Below, piece after piece: positions 16,530 to 23,488 of a stretch of DNA of 26,208 bases. The DNA comes from a virus. Lineage: Duplodnaviria; Caudoviricetes. The position numbers and the translations under genes are program-made. The stretch spans positions 1-26,208 of the IMG/VR virus record IMGVR_UViG_3300013013_000030; one strand, written 5' to 3'. Positions within the stretch are counted from its first letter, which is position 1; each line of letters begins with the position of its first letter. A model generated the notes under the pieces. That model was not told the DNA's origin, did no database searches, and saw only the letters and a program-made list of their open reading frames with translations.

Positions 16530-17098
16530 ATCCCTCGCGCCGCCAACCGCATTGCCTCTGCCAGCCCCGCCACCCCCTTCACGGCGCTCACCCGCGCCGT
16601 CGGCAGCATCGGGAAGGTCACGACGGAGATCTCCCAGAGATCCACCTCCAGGAGGTGCCGAACTCCGGTCTTCGCATCAGTGCGCCCGCGCACCGTCCGG
16701 AAGCCGATCGACAGCCCGTCGATAGCCCCGGCGCGCATCAGCGCCAGCACCTCGCGGGCCCGCGCCACCTCCGTCGTCAGCCGGCCGCGCACGAAGAGCC
16801 CGCGCCCGTCCTCGCGGATCTCGCGCCAGACGCCGATCGGCGCCGCCGGATCGTGCTGGAACAGCATGCGGATTCCGGCCGGCCGGCGCGTCCTGATCGA
16901 TTTGGCGAAGGCGCCCGGCACGACCACGTCGCGCGACAGATCGGCCTCGCCGAACAGGCTGGCATAGCCGGCAAACCCGCCATCCGCTTCGACATCGGTG
17001 ATCGCCGCCTCGGCAAACTTGGTCTCCCGCCGGCTCGGGAACCCTCCCCCCTTGCGGGGGAGGGCAGGGAGGGGAGACCGATCCCGGGCGCCGCTCAT
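16508..17098 (-). CDS. HK97-family prohead protease (g4)
   Basis: F.GYASLFG..D...DVV.PGAF, MLFQHDP..PIG.W, GAIDGLSIGFRT, DLWEISVVTFPM. ATG at 17098 is coupled to the upstream small ORF. Confidence 0.93.
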   Translation of the reverse strand: MSGARDRSPLPALPRKGGGFPSRRETKFAEAAITDVEADGGFAGYASLFGEADLSRDVVVPGAFAKSIRTRRPAGIRMLFQHDPAAPIGVWREIREDGRGLFVRGRLTTEVARAREVLALMRAGAIDGLSIGFRTVRGRTDAKTGVRHLLEVDLWEISVVTFPMLPTARVSAVKGVAGLAEAMRLAARGMRIASGE

Positions 17099-17238
17099 CG
17101 CACCACCCTCAGCCGCGGCCGGCGCTGCGCCTGCGCCAGGTGGTCGGCGACAACGAACACCATGAGCACCGCAAACTCGGCAAACACGGCGCGATGCCGC
17201 TCCGGCCCACGCCGCAGCGATAGGAAGAACTCGATCAT
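17095..17238 (-). CDS. Small 47-aa protein absent from the ORF track (MIEFFLSLRRGPERHRAVFAEFAVLMVFVVADHLAQAQRRPRLRVVR)
   Basis: Open frame from ATG 17238 whose TGA forms an ATGA overlap with the protease start. Confidence 0.55.
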   Translation of the reverse strand: MIEFFLSLRRGPERHRAVFAEFAVLMVFVVADHLAQAQRRPRLRVVR

Positions 17239-17262
17239 GGTTCAGCTCGCTTGATTGATGGG

Positions 17263-17336
17263 GGCGAATGGCGAATGGCGAGTAGCGAATGGCGGGGCTT
17301 GCATTCCCGCTCGCCACTCGCCATTCGCCATTCGCC
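17263..17336. repeat. Inverted pair of tandem heptamer arrays
   Basis: GGCGAATGGCGAATGGCGAGTAGCGAATGGCG ... CTCGCCACTCGCCATTCGCCATTCGCC. Confidence 0.85.
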
Positions 17337-17337
17337 C

Positions 17338-17526
17338 TCAGGAATGGTCCCGGAACAGCCGGTTCAGCCGCGCAATCTCCGAGACGAAGTCATTGAAGCG
17401 CCGGTTCGACAGCGCCAGTTCCTTCAGCGCCCAGACCAGCAGCCCGGAGGCCCCGCTCGCCCACAGGAACAGCGCCAGATGCGCCAGGTCGCCGCGCTCG
17501 GCAAATTGGTTCGCGACGTCGGGCAT
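17338..17526 (-). CDS. Small membrane protein between portal and protease
   Basis: ERGDLAHLALFLWASGAS.LLVW.L.E....NRRF.DFV.EIA.LN with one TM helix; a motif I recall from Rhizobiales GTA clusters. Confidence 0.8.
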   Translation of the reverse strand: MPDVANQFAERGDLAHLALFLWASGASGLLVWALKELALSNRRFNDFVSEIARLNRLFRDHS

Positions 17527-17806
17527 CGGTCACTCGAATGCTTGATCATCCCGTGCGGACTCGGGCCGGGATCCCCTATGGCCGTTTCCGCGAAAATGGT
17601 CATAGCGCGGCCGAGCCGCCCACCCTACGGCCCCTCTGGAGGCCATCAGTTCTCACGCGCTATGTGGGTTCAAGTTGCAGCTCATCGAGCGACCGCTCTA
17701 TCGGGCGGGCCCAGCCCTCTTTCCCTGAGCTTTTGCGTCCCACCTCTGTCTATGACTGGTTATAGACGCTCCTTCGGACTCACGTCTATAACCGACCCGC
17801 GACGAC

Positions 17807-18994
17807 TCACCCCTCCCCCACCCCATAACCCACGGCCTGCCGCTTCTCGTCCGGCGTCAGGAAATCCGCCTCGTTGACGCGCCGCCACAGCGCCTCGCGC
17901 TCGGCGGTGAGCGCCTCGATCGCGTCGAGGTCGAAGCCCAGCCTGAGCGCGCCCTCCCCCCAGGCCGGCGCCAGCCAGCCGGCGAGCGCCCCGGCGGTGC
18001 GGCCGACCAGCGGCAGCACGGTGGTGCGCCAGAACGCCAGGTTGGCTTCCTTGTAGTTGGAATAGGTGTTGTCGCCGGGGATGCCGAGCAGCATCGGCGG
18101 CACGCCGAAGGCGAGCGCGATCTCCCGCGCCGCGCCGTTCTTCGCCTCCATGAAGTCCATGTCGTGCGGCGAGAAGCTCATCGCCTGCCAGGCAAGCCCG
18201 CCTTCCAGAAGCAGCGGCCGGCCGGCATTGCCCGGCCCGGCGAAATTGGCGCCGAGCTCGGCCCTCAGCCGCTCGAACTGCTCCTCCGACAGCCCGTTCT
18301 CGCCCTTGTAGACCAGCGCACCGGAGGGGCGCGCCGCATTGTCGAGCAGCGCCTTGTTCCAGTTCGCCGCGGCATTGTGCAGATCGAGGCTTGCCGCCGC
18401 CGCCTCCAGCGGCGCGAAGCCGTAATGGTCGTCCAGCGGGTGGAAGGCGCGCAGATGCAGGATCGGCGGCAGCGGCTCGCCCTCCTGAACGAAGCGCACC
18501 GTCCGCCCGTTGGCGGTGTAATCGTAGGCCGCCGGCCAGCCGGAAGCGTCGGGCACCACGCTCATCCGGTCCGGCCTGAGCGAATGCAGCTCGCGGACCG
18601 CGCCGTCCACCGCGACGGCCTCGAGATAGGCATTCCCGGCCAGCAGCAGGTGGCCGTAGACCGCCTCCATCAGCTCGGCGCCGCTCTGCCCCGGATTGGG
18701 CCGCGCCAAGAGCTGCAGCAGCGGGTGGTCGTCGAGCTCCGCGCCGCCCTCGAAGACCAGCCACGGCACCGACGCCGCGGCTTCGGCGACGAGCCGCACC
18801 GCCCGGTAGACGACCGGGTTCCGGAGATAGCCGGCGCGCGTCAGCGCGGCGGACTGCCGCGCCGTCCACACCGGCCGCCCGGCGGCGTGCAACGCGACGA
18901 CCGCCCCGGTCCGCGAGGCTTTCGCCTCGCCGGGCGCCGTAGCCTCGACAGCCGCGGGGGCGCGCCCTGCACCGCCTCTGATCCAGCTCAGCAT
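17807..18994 (-). CDS. HK97-family portal protein (g3)
   Basis: NP.VYR.VR..AEAAA, LL.RPN, LRPDRM, HPLDDHYG..P, NAARPSGAL, LLEGGL.W, AFGVPPMLLGIPGDNTY.NY.EAN. ATG at 18994 with GGAGGA RBS. Confidence 0.97.
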   Translation of the reverse strand: MLSWIRGGAGRAPAAVEATAPGEAKASRTGAVVALHAAGRPVWTARQSAALTRAGYLRNPVVYRAVRLVAEAAASVPWLVFEGGAELDDHPLLQLLARPNPGQSGAELMEAVYGHLLLAGNAYLEAVAVDGAVRELHSLRPDRMSVVPDASGWPAAYDYTANGRTVRFVQEGEPLPPILHLRAFHPLDDHYGFAPLEAAAASLDLHNAAANWNKALLDNAARPSGALVYKGENGLSEEQFERLRAELGANFAGPGNAGRPLLLEGGLAWQAMSFSPHDMDFMEAKNGAAREIALAFGVPPMLLGIPGDNTYSNYKEANLAFWRTTVLPLVGRTAGALAGWLAPAWGEGALRLGFDLDAIEALTAEREALWRRVNEADFLTPDEKRQAVGYGVGEG

Positions 18995-19061
18995 GAGCAC
19001 TCCTCCACAGGCTCGTCTTCGCGCCTATGCACAGCCTGCATGGCAGGGTCGCGCGACCCCC

Positions 19062-19090
19062 CTTGTTGCAGCGCAGCAAGCGCCCTATCT
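19062..19090 (+). promoter_or_regulatory. Sigma70-type promoter for the antisense sRNA, overlapping a TGC-N3-GCA (PhaR/AniA-like) box
   Basis: CTTGTT-N17-CTATCT versus the rhizobial consensus CTTGAC-N17-CTATAT. TGCAGCGCA lies at 19067-19075. Confidence 0.6.
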
Positions 19091-19095
19091 AGGGG

Positions 19096-19162
19096 GTGCC
19101 CTCATTGGGCGTTTCCTCCCTAGACTTGGGCCGCCGGCACCCGCCGCGCGGCCCCTTTTTTT
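19096..19162 (+). ncRNA. suhB / MmgR (alpha-r8)-like small RNA
   Basis: GCCCTCATTGGGC stem, single-stranded anti-SD TTTCCTCCCT, then GGGCCGC/GCGGCCC terminator stem and a run of 7 T. Confidence 0.78.
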
Positions 19163-19230
19163 GGCGAGTGGGGAGTGGCGCACAGCGGATGGTTAAGCCC
19201 CATTCGCCACTCGCCACTTGCCATTCGCTA
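19163..19230. repeat. Inverted heptamer arrays; the right arm supplies the terminase TAG
   Basis: GGCGAGTGGGGAGTGGCG ... CCATTCGCCACTCGCCACTTGCCATTCGCTA. Confidence 0.75.
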
Positions 19231-20520
19231 TCCCCCCAATCCCCTGATCCGCGGCCGCCCCGCCCTCCCCAACATCAGCGCCGAGAGCGCCCAGACCAGC
19301 GCGTCGAGCCGGTCCGGCGAGCCGCCGCCGGAAAGCCCGCCGAGGCCGAAGTCGCACATCTCGTCTTCGAGCGCCGGGAAGCCGCCGACATGGCGCACCC
19401 TGCCCTGCTCGTAGAGCGCGGCGACGGGCTCGGCGCGCAGCCACTTGCCGCGGTTGGCCCGCACCGTCTCCACGGCCACGCGCGCATCGGCCTGGCGGAT
19501 CACCGCCGCCACCATGTCGCCGCCCTGGTTCACCTCCGCGACGATGCGGTCAGCCTTGAGCCGGTGGTAGAGGTCGACCGCGCGCCGCGCCCAGCCGGCC
19601 GGCGACAGCCGCCCGGCGCTAGCGTCCGCGAGCACATAGCCGAGCCCGTCGCGCCCCAGCCCCGCCGCGACGATCCCGCACTGATCCGCCCTGCGTCCCG
19701 CGGAAGCCGGCGGGTCCACCGCCACCACGACCCGGCTGAGCTCCGGCGCCGCCGCCACGCGGCACGCCTCCAGCGCCTCGCGCCGCCACAGGGCGTCGTC
19801 GCGGTCCTCGATCAGCTCGCCGGAGAGCTCCTGCCGCCCGAGCCGCGTCCCGCCGTAGCGCGCCACGACGTTGTGCAGGTAGCCGGCCGCCAGATGCACC
19901 TCATTCGCCGCCGAGCCCGCCCGCGTCAGCGCCGTCGCCGGGTCGGCGAGGAGTCGCTTCAGCAGGCCGATCGGCCGCGGCGTCGTCGTCACCATCTGCC
20001 GCGGCCGCGTCCCCAGCCGCAGCCCGAACTGCAGGTTGTCCCAGGTCGCCTCGGCGTGCCGCCACTTGGCCAGCTCGTCGCACCAGGCGGCGGCGAATTG
20101 CGGCCCGCGCAGCCGGTCCGGATCCTCCGCCGAGAAGGCCTGCGCCACCGCGCCGTTCGTCCATTCGACGCGCCGGCGGATGCCGCTCCAGGTCGGCCGG
20201 TCGCCGGGATAGCTGAGCGCCAAGAGCCCGGAGACGCCCTCCACCATGATGTCGCGCACGTCGTCGAGCGTCTCGCCGACCAGCGCGATGCGCCCCAGTT
20301 TCTCCGCCGCGAACGGCGGCTCCCCGAGCACCAGGCCCTTCACCCATTCCGCCCCGGCGCGCGTCTTGCCGGCGCCGCGCCCGCCCAGGAGGAGCCAGGT
20401 GGTCCAGTCGCCTGGCGGCGGCATCTGGTCGTCGCGCGCCGCGCTGTTCACCCAGTCGGCATGCCCCGCCTCGACCACCGCATCGGGCGCCGCGTCGATC
20501 GCTTTGTCGATCTCATTCAA
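19228..20520 (-). CDS. Terminase large subunit (g2)
   Basis: Walker A GGRGAGKT, LRGPQF, Walker B AAWCDE, TTTPRP, nuclease VVAVDP and SPDRLDALVWA. Start is uncertain: TTG 20520 chosen because ATG 20634 would overlap the small terminase by 122 nt. Confidence 0.95.
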   Translation of the reverse strand: MNEIDKAIDAAPDAVVEAGHADWVNSAARDDQMPPPGDWTTWLLLGGRGAGKTRAGAEWVKGLVLGEPPFAAEKLGRIALVGETLDDVRDIMVEGVSGLLALSYPGDRPTWSGIRRRVEWTNGAVAQAFSAEDPDRLRGPQFAAAWCDELAKWRHAEATWDNLQFGLRLGTRPRQMVTTTPRPIGLLKRLLADPATALTRAGSAANEVHLAAGYLHNVVARYGGTRLGRQELSGELIEDRDDALWRREALEACRVAAAPELSRVVVAVDPPASAGRRADQCGIVAAGLGRDGLGYVLADASAGRLSPAGWARRAVDLYHRLKADRIVAEVNQGGDMVAAVIRQADARVAVETVRANRGKWLRAEPVAALYEQGRVRHVGGFPALEDEMCDFGLGGLSGGGSPDRLDALVWALSALMLGRAGRPRIRGLGG

Positions 20521-21025
20521 GTCCCAGTTCACGGCGAATGCGCAGAACGCGCTTCTTGAGATCAGCGCGCTTGCGAGCGAGATCGGCGGCTCGGGCGGCG
20601 AGATCGTCGGCCCCTGTTCGATCGGCTCCGTCATGGTGCTTGGCCTCGCGGGCTTGTCCGCCCGTCTTCGTTGTCTTGCTCTTCGGCGTCCGCGTGGCGC
20701 GCATGGCCGTCTCCTGGGCGCGGCAGAGTCCCGCCAGCAGCCGCGCCGTGTCCGCGTTGAAGCCCTCGTCGGCAATCCGCGCCTGCAGCTTGTCGATGCT
20801 GTCGCCGATCAGCCAGGCAATCCGGCGATGCAGCGTGCGCAGCGTCGGCAGCCGTTCCGCCACGGGAAACAGCCGCCGGCGCACCTGCCACCCCTCCGCC
20901 TCGCGGCGCACCCGCATCTCCCATTCGGAGATGCCGAAGCGCGCCCGGATCGCCTTAACCGGCTCGCCTCCGTCCTCATAAGCCGCACGCACGGCGGCCC
21001 AATCGATCTTCCGCGATGCGGCCAT
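20513..21025 (-). CDS. Putative terminase small subunit (g1-like)
   Basis: ATG at 21025 with AGGA RBS. HTH-like DW..VR.AYE.G......I..RFGIS...R...EGW and a helical C-terminus. Lies directly before the large terminase. Confidence 0.75.
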   Translation of the reverse strand: MAASRKIDWAAVRAAYEDGGEPVKAIRARFGISEWEMRVRREAEGWQVRRRLFPVAERLPTLRTLHRRIAWLIGDSIDKLQARIADEGFNADTARLLAGLCRAQETAMRATRTPKSKTTKTGGQAREAKHHDGADRTGADDLAARAADLARKRADLKKRVLRIRRELGLE

Positions 21026-21120
21026 ATCCGTCCTGCTAAACTGTATCCGGCGCTCCGATCCCGCACCGCTCCTTGGCCGGAGCGGGACAACAGTCTCCGG
21101 TTGCGGCGACGCAGGTTTCC

Positions 21121-21282
21121 AACCTCCCCCTCGCGGGGAGGTCGAGAGCGGCGGCAGCCGCTCCGGGCGGGGGGACCCGGCGCCAGCACATCTGGCGAGC
21201 GTGAACGCCGGCGGCCCCCTTCTCCCCCAGCCCAGCGGGAGAAGGTGCCCCTTTCGCCTCGCGAAAGCGGCGGATGAGGGGG
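21121..21282 (+). repeat. Two GC-rich REP-like palindromes in the GTA leader
   Basis: ACCTCCCC..GGGGAGGT-GAGCGGC..GCCGCTC-GGGCGGGGG and CCTTCTCCC..GGGAGAAGG...GGATGAGGG. Confidence 0.75.
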
Positions 21283-21475
21283 CCACGCTCGGCCTCGGAT
21301 CGACCGGACCCCTTCCTCTCCCCCGCGGGGAGAGGCGACTCGGGCGAAGCCCGAGCGGGTGAGGGCCGGCGCGCCCAAGCCCAGCCGGCCGCGCCCCGTC
21401 GGCAAGGGATGTCGGATCAAGCTCGGCTGAAACCGGAGCGAAGCGTCCGAAGCGCAAATCGTCGACCGTGCCTGA

Positions 21476-21504
21476 ACCCTACAGGATCAGCGCACGCCCG
21501 TCAA
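21476..21504 (-). promoter_or_regulatory. Putative GTA operon promoter, proximal copy
   Basis: TTGACG-N17-TAGGGT preceded by AT-rich TAGGAATAAA, pointing toward the small terminase. Confidence 0.6.
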
Positions 21505-21704
21505 GGCCTTTATTCCTATTCAAGGCACGGGCACCCTCCTCCCCCCTCCCCCGCGGCCAGAGGCCGACTCGGGCAGAGCCCGAGCGGGTGAGGGCCGGCG
21601 CGCCCAAGCCCAGCCGGCCGCGCCCCGTCGGCAAGGGATGTCGGATCAAGCTCGGCTGAAACCGGAGCGAAGCGTCCGAAGCGCAAATCGTCGACCGTGC
21701 CTGA

Positions 21705-21733
21705 ACCCTACAGGATCAGCGCACGCCCGTCAA
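21705..21733 (-). promoter_or_regulatory. Putative GTA operon promoter, distal copy
   Basis: Identical TTGACG-N17-TAGGGT 229 bp upstream of the proximal copy. Confidence 0.6.
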
Positions 21734-21944
21734 GGTCTTTATTCCTAATCGGAAACGGCGGCGGGTACCCTCCTCTCCCCTCGGGGAGAGGCCGACTCGG
21801 GCAGCGCCCGAGCGGGTGCGGGCCGGCACCCCACGATCTCACCAGGCCCAGGTCGGCGCCATCCCCCCGACAAGCACACGCTAGCCCGAACCAACCGCGA
21901 CGCAGCCTTCAGCCGAATCCCGCCCCGGAGCGCAGCTACCCCGC

Positions 21945-22135
21945 TCAAAGCCACTGATTGAACTCGATCAGATTGCCGGAATTATCCCGGATCCAAAAGT
22001 TCCGGACGCCAGCCGGCTGCACCGTCATCACCTCGTGAACGAACTCGACCCCTTTCGCCCGCAGCGCCTCGGCAAGGCGACGATGTCGTCGACCAGCAGC
22101 CGGACATGCTTGGCGCCTTGCGTCCGCAGCGCTGA
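21945..22135 (-). pseudogene. VOC (glyoxalase/bleomycin-resistance) family 3' remnant, frameshifted and 5'-truncated
   Basis: LRTQGAKHVRLLVDDI in one frame continues as LAEALRAKGVEF...FWIRDNSGNLIEF in another. No N-terminal half is visible. Confidence 0.7.
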
Positions 22136-22194
22136 GCTGACGAAACCCCGCACGCTTAGGCAGCTTGCGCGTAAGCTCCAAGGAATCGAAAGTC

Positions 22195-22671
22195 TCAGGC
22201 CGGCCCCCCTGAGCGCTCCACATACTCGGTGTACTTTGGGACGCCCGGCAATCTTGGAAGCTGAAGATAGGCCTGATTAGCCATGACTCCGAAGAGGTCG
22301 TCAAATCTCGGCCAGATAACTGCCGCTGCACATTGAATCGCGATTTGCTTCAACTTCTTCTCATCCCGAGTGTCTGTCTTGAATGCGAAGATGTAAGAGG
22401 CATTCAACTCCACTACGGTCTTTTCTCCATGGTCTTTGGAGACACTGACATCGCAACTCGCAGCGACTATATCGTCATTGCTAGTCAACGAATGTACGGC
22501 TAGGCTGTACATGTTATTGTATTGCTCAGATGCCAGGCTTTGTCCATCGCTTGACACGTCACCCTCTTGTGTTTGATTGAATTCTACCCTCGCCAAGAAG
22601 GAGAAATGCGGTTCCCAAGCTGGAAGCCGCGGCAAGCGGCGTCTCTTCGGCGTTTCATTCGTTTTTGGCAT
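22195..22671 (-). CDS. SecB-like chaperone of a toxin-antitoxin-chaperone operon
   Basis: Beta-strand core ending ELNASYIFAF, then AAAVIWPRFDDLFGVMANQAYLQLPRLP (cf. SecB LFPY.R..I..L....G.P.L.L). Overlaps hicB by 17 nt. Confidence 0.68.
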   Translation of the reverse strand: MPKTNETPKRRRLPRLPAWEPHFSFLARVEFNQTQEGDVSSDGQSLASEQYNNMYSLAVHSLTSNDDIVAASCDVSVSKDHGEKTVVELNASYIFAFKTDTRDEKKLKQIAIQCAAAVIWPRFDDLFGVMANQAYLQLPRLPGVPKYTEYVERSGGPA

Positions 22672-23185
22672 TTACTTGCCACCGGCTAGCGTCTCGATCC
22701 CGATGCTGCTCAATCCTGAGCAAGTCATTGCGAGCCAAGTTTCGAGCCGGACGGGCACTGATCGTATCGGGAGCCTGAGTTGCCGGAGCCATCTGCGGTG
22801 CAATTCGCGATGCAATCAACGCAACCGCAGCCGCGTCGAACACGGGCTTTTGCGAACCCTTGCGCTCAAGACATTCCTCTACCGCCCGAGCTACCCACCC
22901 ATTAAGGGTTAGACCTTGCTCGATTGCTGCCATTGCCGCCCGCCGATGAAGCGCCGGGGACACTCGCACGTTGAAGCTACCTCGAAACGGCCGGGCGGGA
23001 TCCTTCCCAATTCGTTTGCAGGCGTCGATATAACCGTCGACCAGTTCTTCAAACGTTCGCTGAACCTCAGACGCCCGCTCGCACTCCGCCGCAACGAAGT
23101 CATCTATATGCAAAACCTGAATCAGCAGAGAGCCGTCCTCGTAGGTAACTGCGCCCTGGTAACCTTTGTGCCTCAAGGCCGTCAT
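22655..23185 (-). CDS. hicB: HicB-family antitoxin with ~70-aa C-terminal extension
   Basis: KGY.G.V.Y, F.E.VD.Y...C...GK.P.RPF.GSFNVRV.P.LHR.A...A...G.TLN.WV (RNase H-like fold plus RHH). Confidence 0.9.
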   Translation of the reverse strand: MTALRHKGYQGAVTYEDGSLLIQVLHIDDFVAAECERASEVQRTFEELVDGYIDACKRIGKDPARPFRGSFNVRVSPALHRRAAMAAIEQGLTLNGWVARAVEECLERKGSQKPVFDAAAVALIASRIAPQMAPATQAPDTISARPARNLARNDLLRIEQHRDRDASRWQVNAKNE

Positions 23186-23430
23186 ATTGCACCGCCATCA
23201 ATCAGGTCTTTACGCAACCGTTTGACCATGGCCGCCTTCATCTCGGCCGTGTGCGGCTTGTGAAGGTAAATCACGTGGTTGGTGTGTCGGTTGTGGTAGG
23301 TTCGAGAGCTCCCGCCGGTATCGTCGACACGCTCATAGCCAAGTCCACCGATCATCGTTTCGAACTCAGACCAAGGGAAGGGCCCGGAGCAGTTTCGGAA
23401 CTTTTGGACGAGCTTTCCGTGCCTGCTCAC
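23182..23430 (-). CDS. hicA: HicA-family mRNA interferase toxin
   Basis: F.W.E....+..LGY......GGS.R.+......I.LHKPH motif. ATGA overlap with hicB. Confidence 0.9.
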   Translation of the reverse strand: MSRHGKLVQKFRNCSGPFPWSEFETMIGGLGYERVDDTGGSSRTYHNRHTNHVIYLHKPHTAEMKAAMVKRLRKDLIDGGAI

Positions 23431-23469
23431 GACCTCGACTACCTTAATATGTGCGCTTGCGCTTCAGTA

Positions 23470-23488
23470 GCAACTGGATTTTGGTTGC
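23470..23488. promoter_or_regulatory. Candidate HicB operator palindrome
   Basis: GCAAC-N9-GTTGC overlapping a possible -35 element (GTTGCT-N17-CATATT on the minus strand), about 40 nt upstream of hicA. Confidence 0.45.

Larger units (their letters stand above)
21314..21827 (+). repeat. Tandem duplication with 229-bp period (two near-identical units bounded by three palindromes)
   Basis: 21349-21518 recurs at 21578-21747 with one visible mismatch (aaggcctt vs aaggtctt). A third palindrome copy lies at about 21771-21827. Confidence 0.95.

Noticed and set aside
17715-17750. c-di-GMP-I-like word GGGACGCAAAAGC on the minus strand
   Set aside because: No upstream GCAAAC / GNRA-capped P2 stem and no matching P3 receptor.
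1-21025. Prophage interpretation
   Set aside because: No integrase, repressor, replication genes or att sites. Gene order, short tape measure and megatron match RcGTA-like elements.
20521-21457. Extended N-termini of the terminase ORFs given by the ORF track (20775 and 21457)
   Set aside because: They run through the small terminase gene or through promoter and palindrome DNA. RBS position and domain boundaries favour about 20520 and 21025.
21314-21827. CRISPR array (also considered for the heptamer arrays)
   Set aside because: Spacers are duplicates of each other and far too long, repeats are degenerate, and no cas genes are present.
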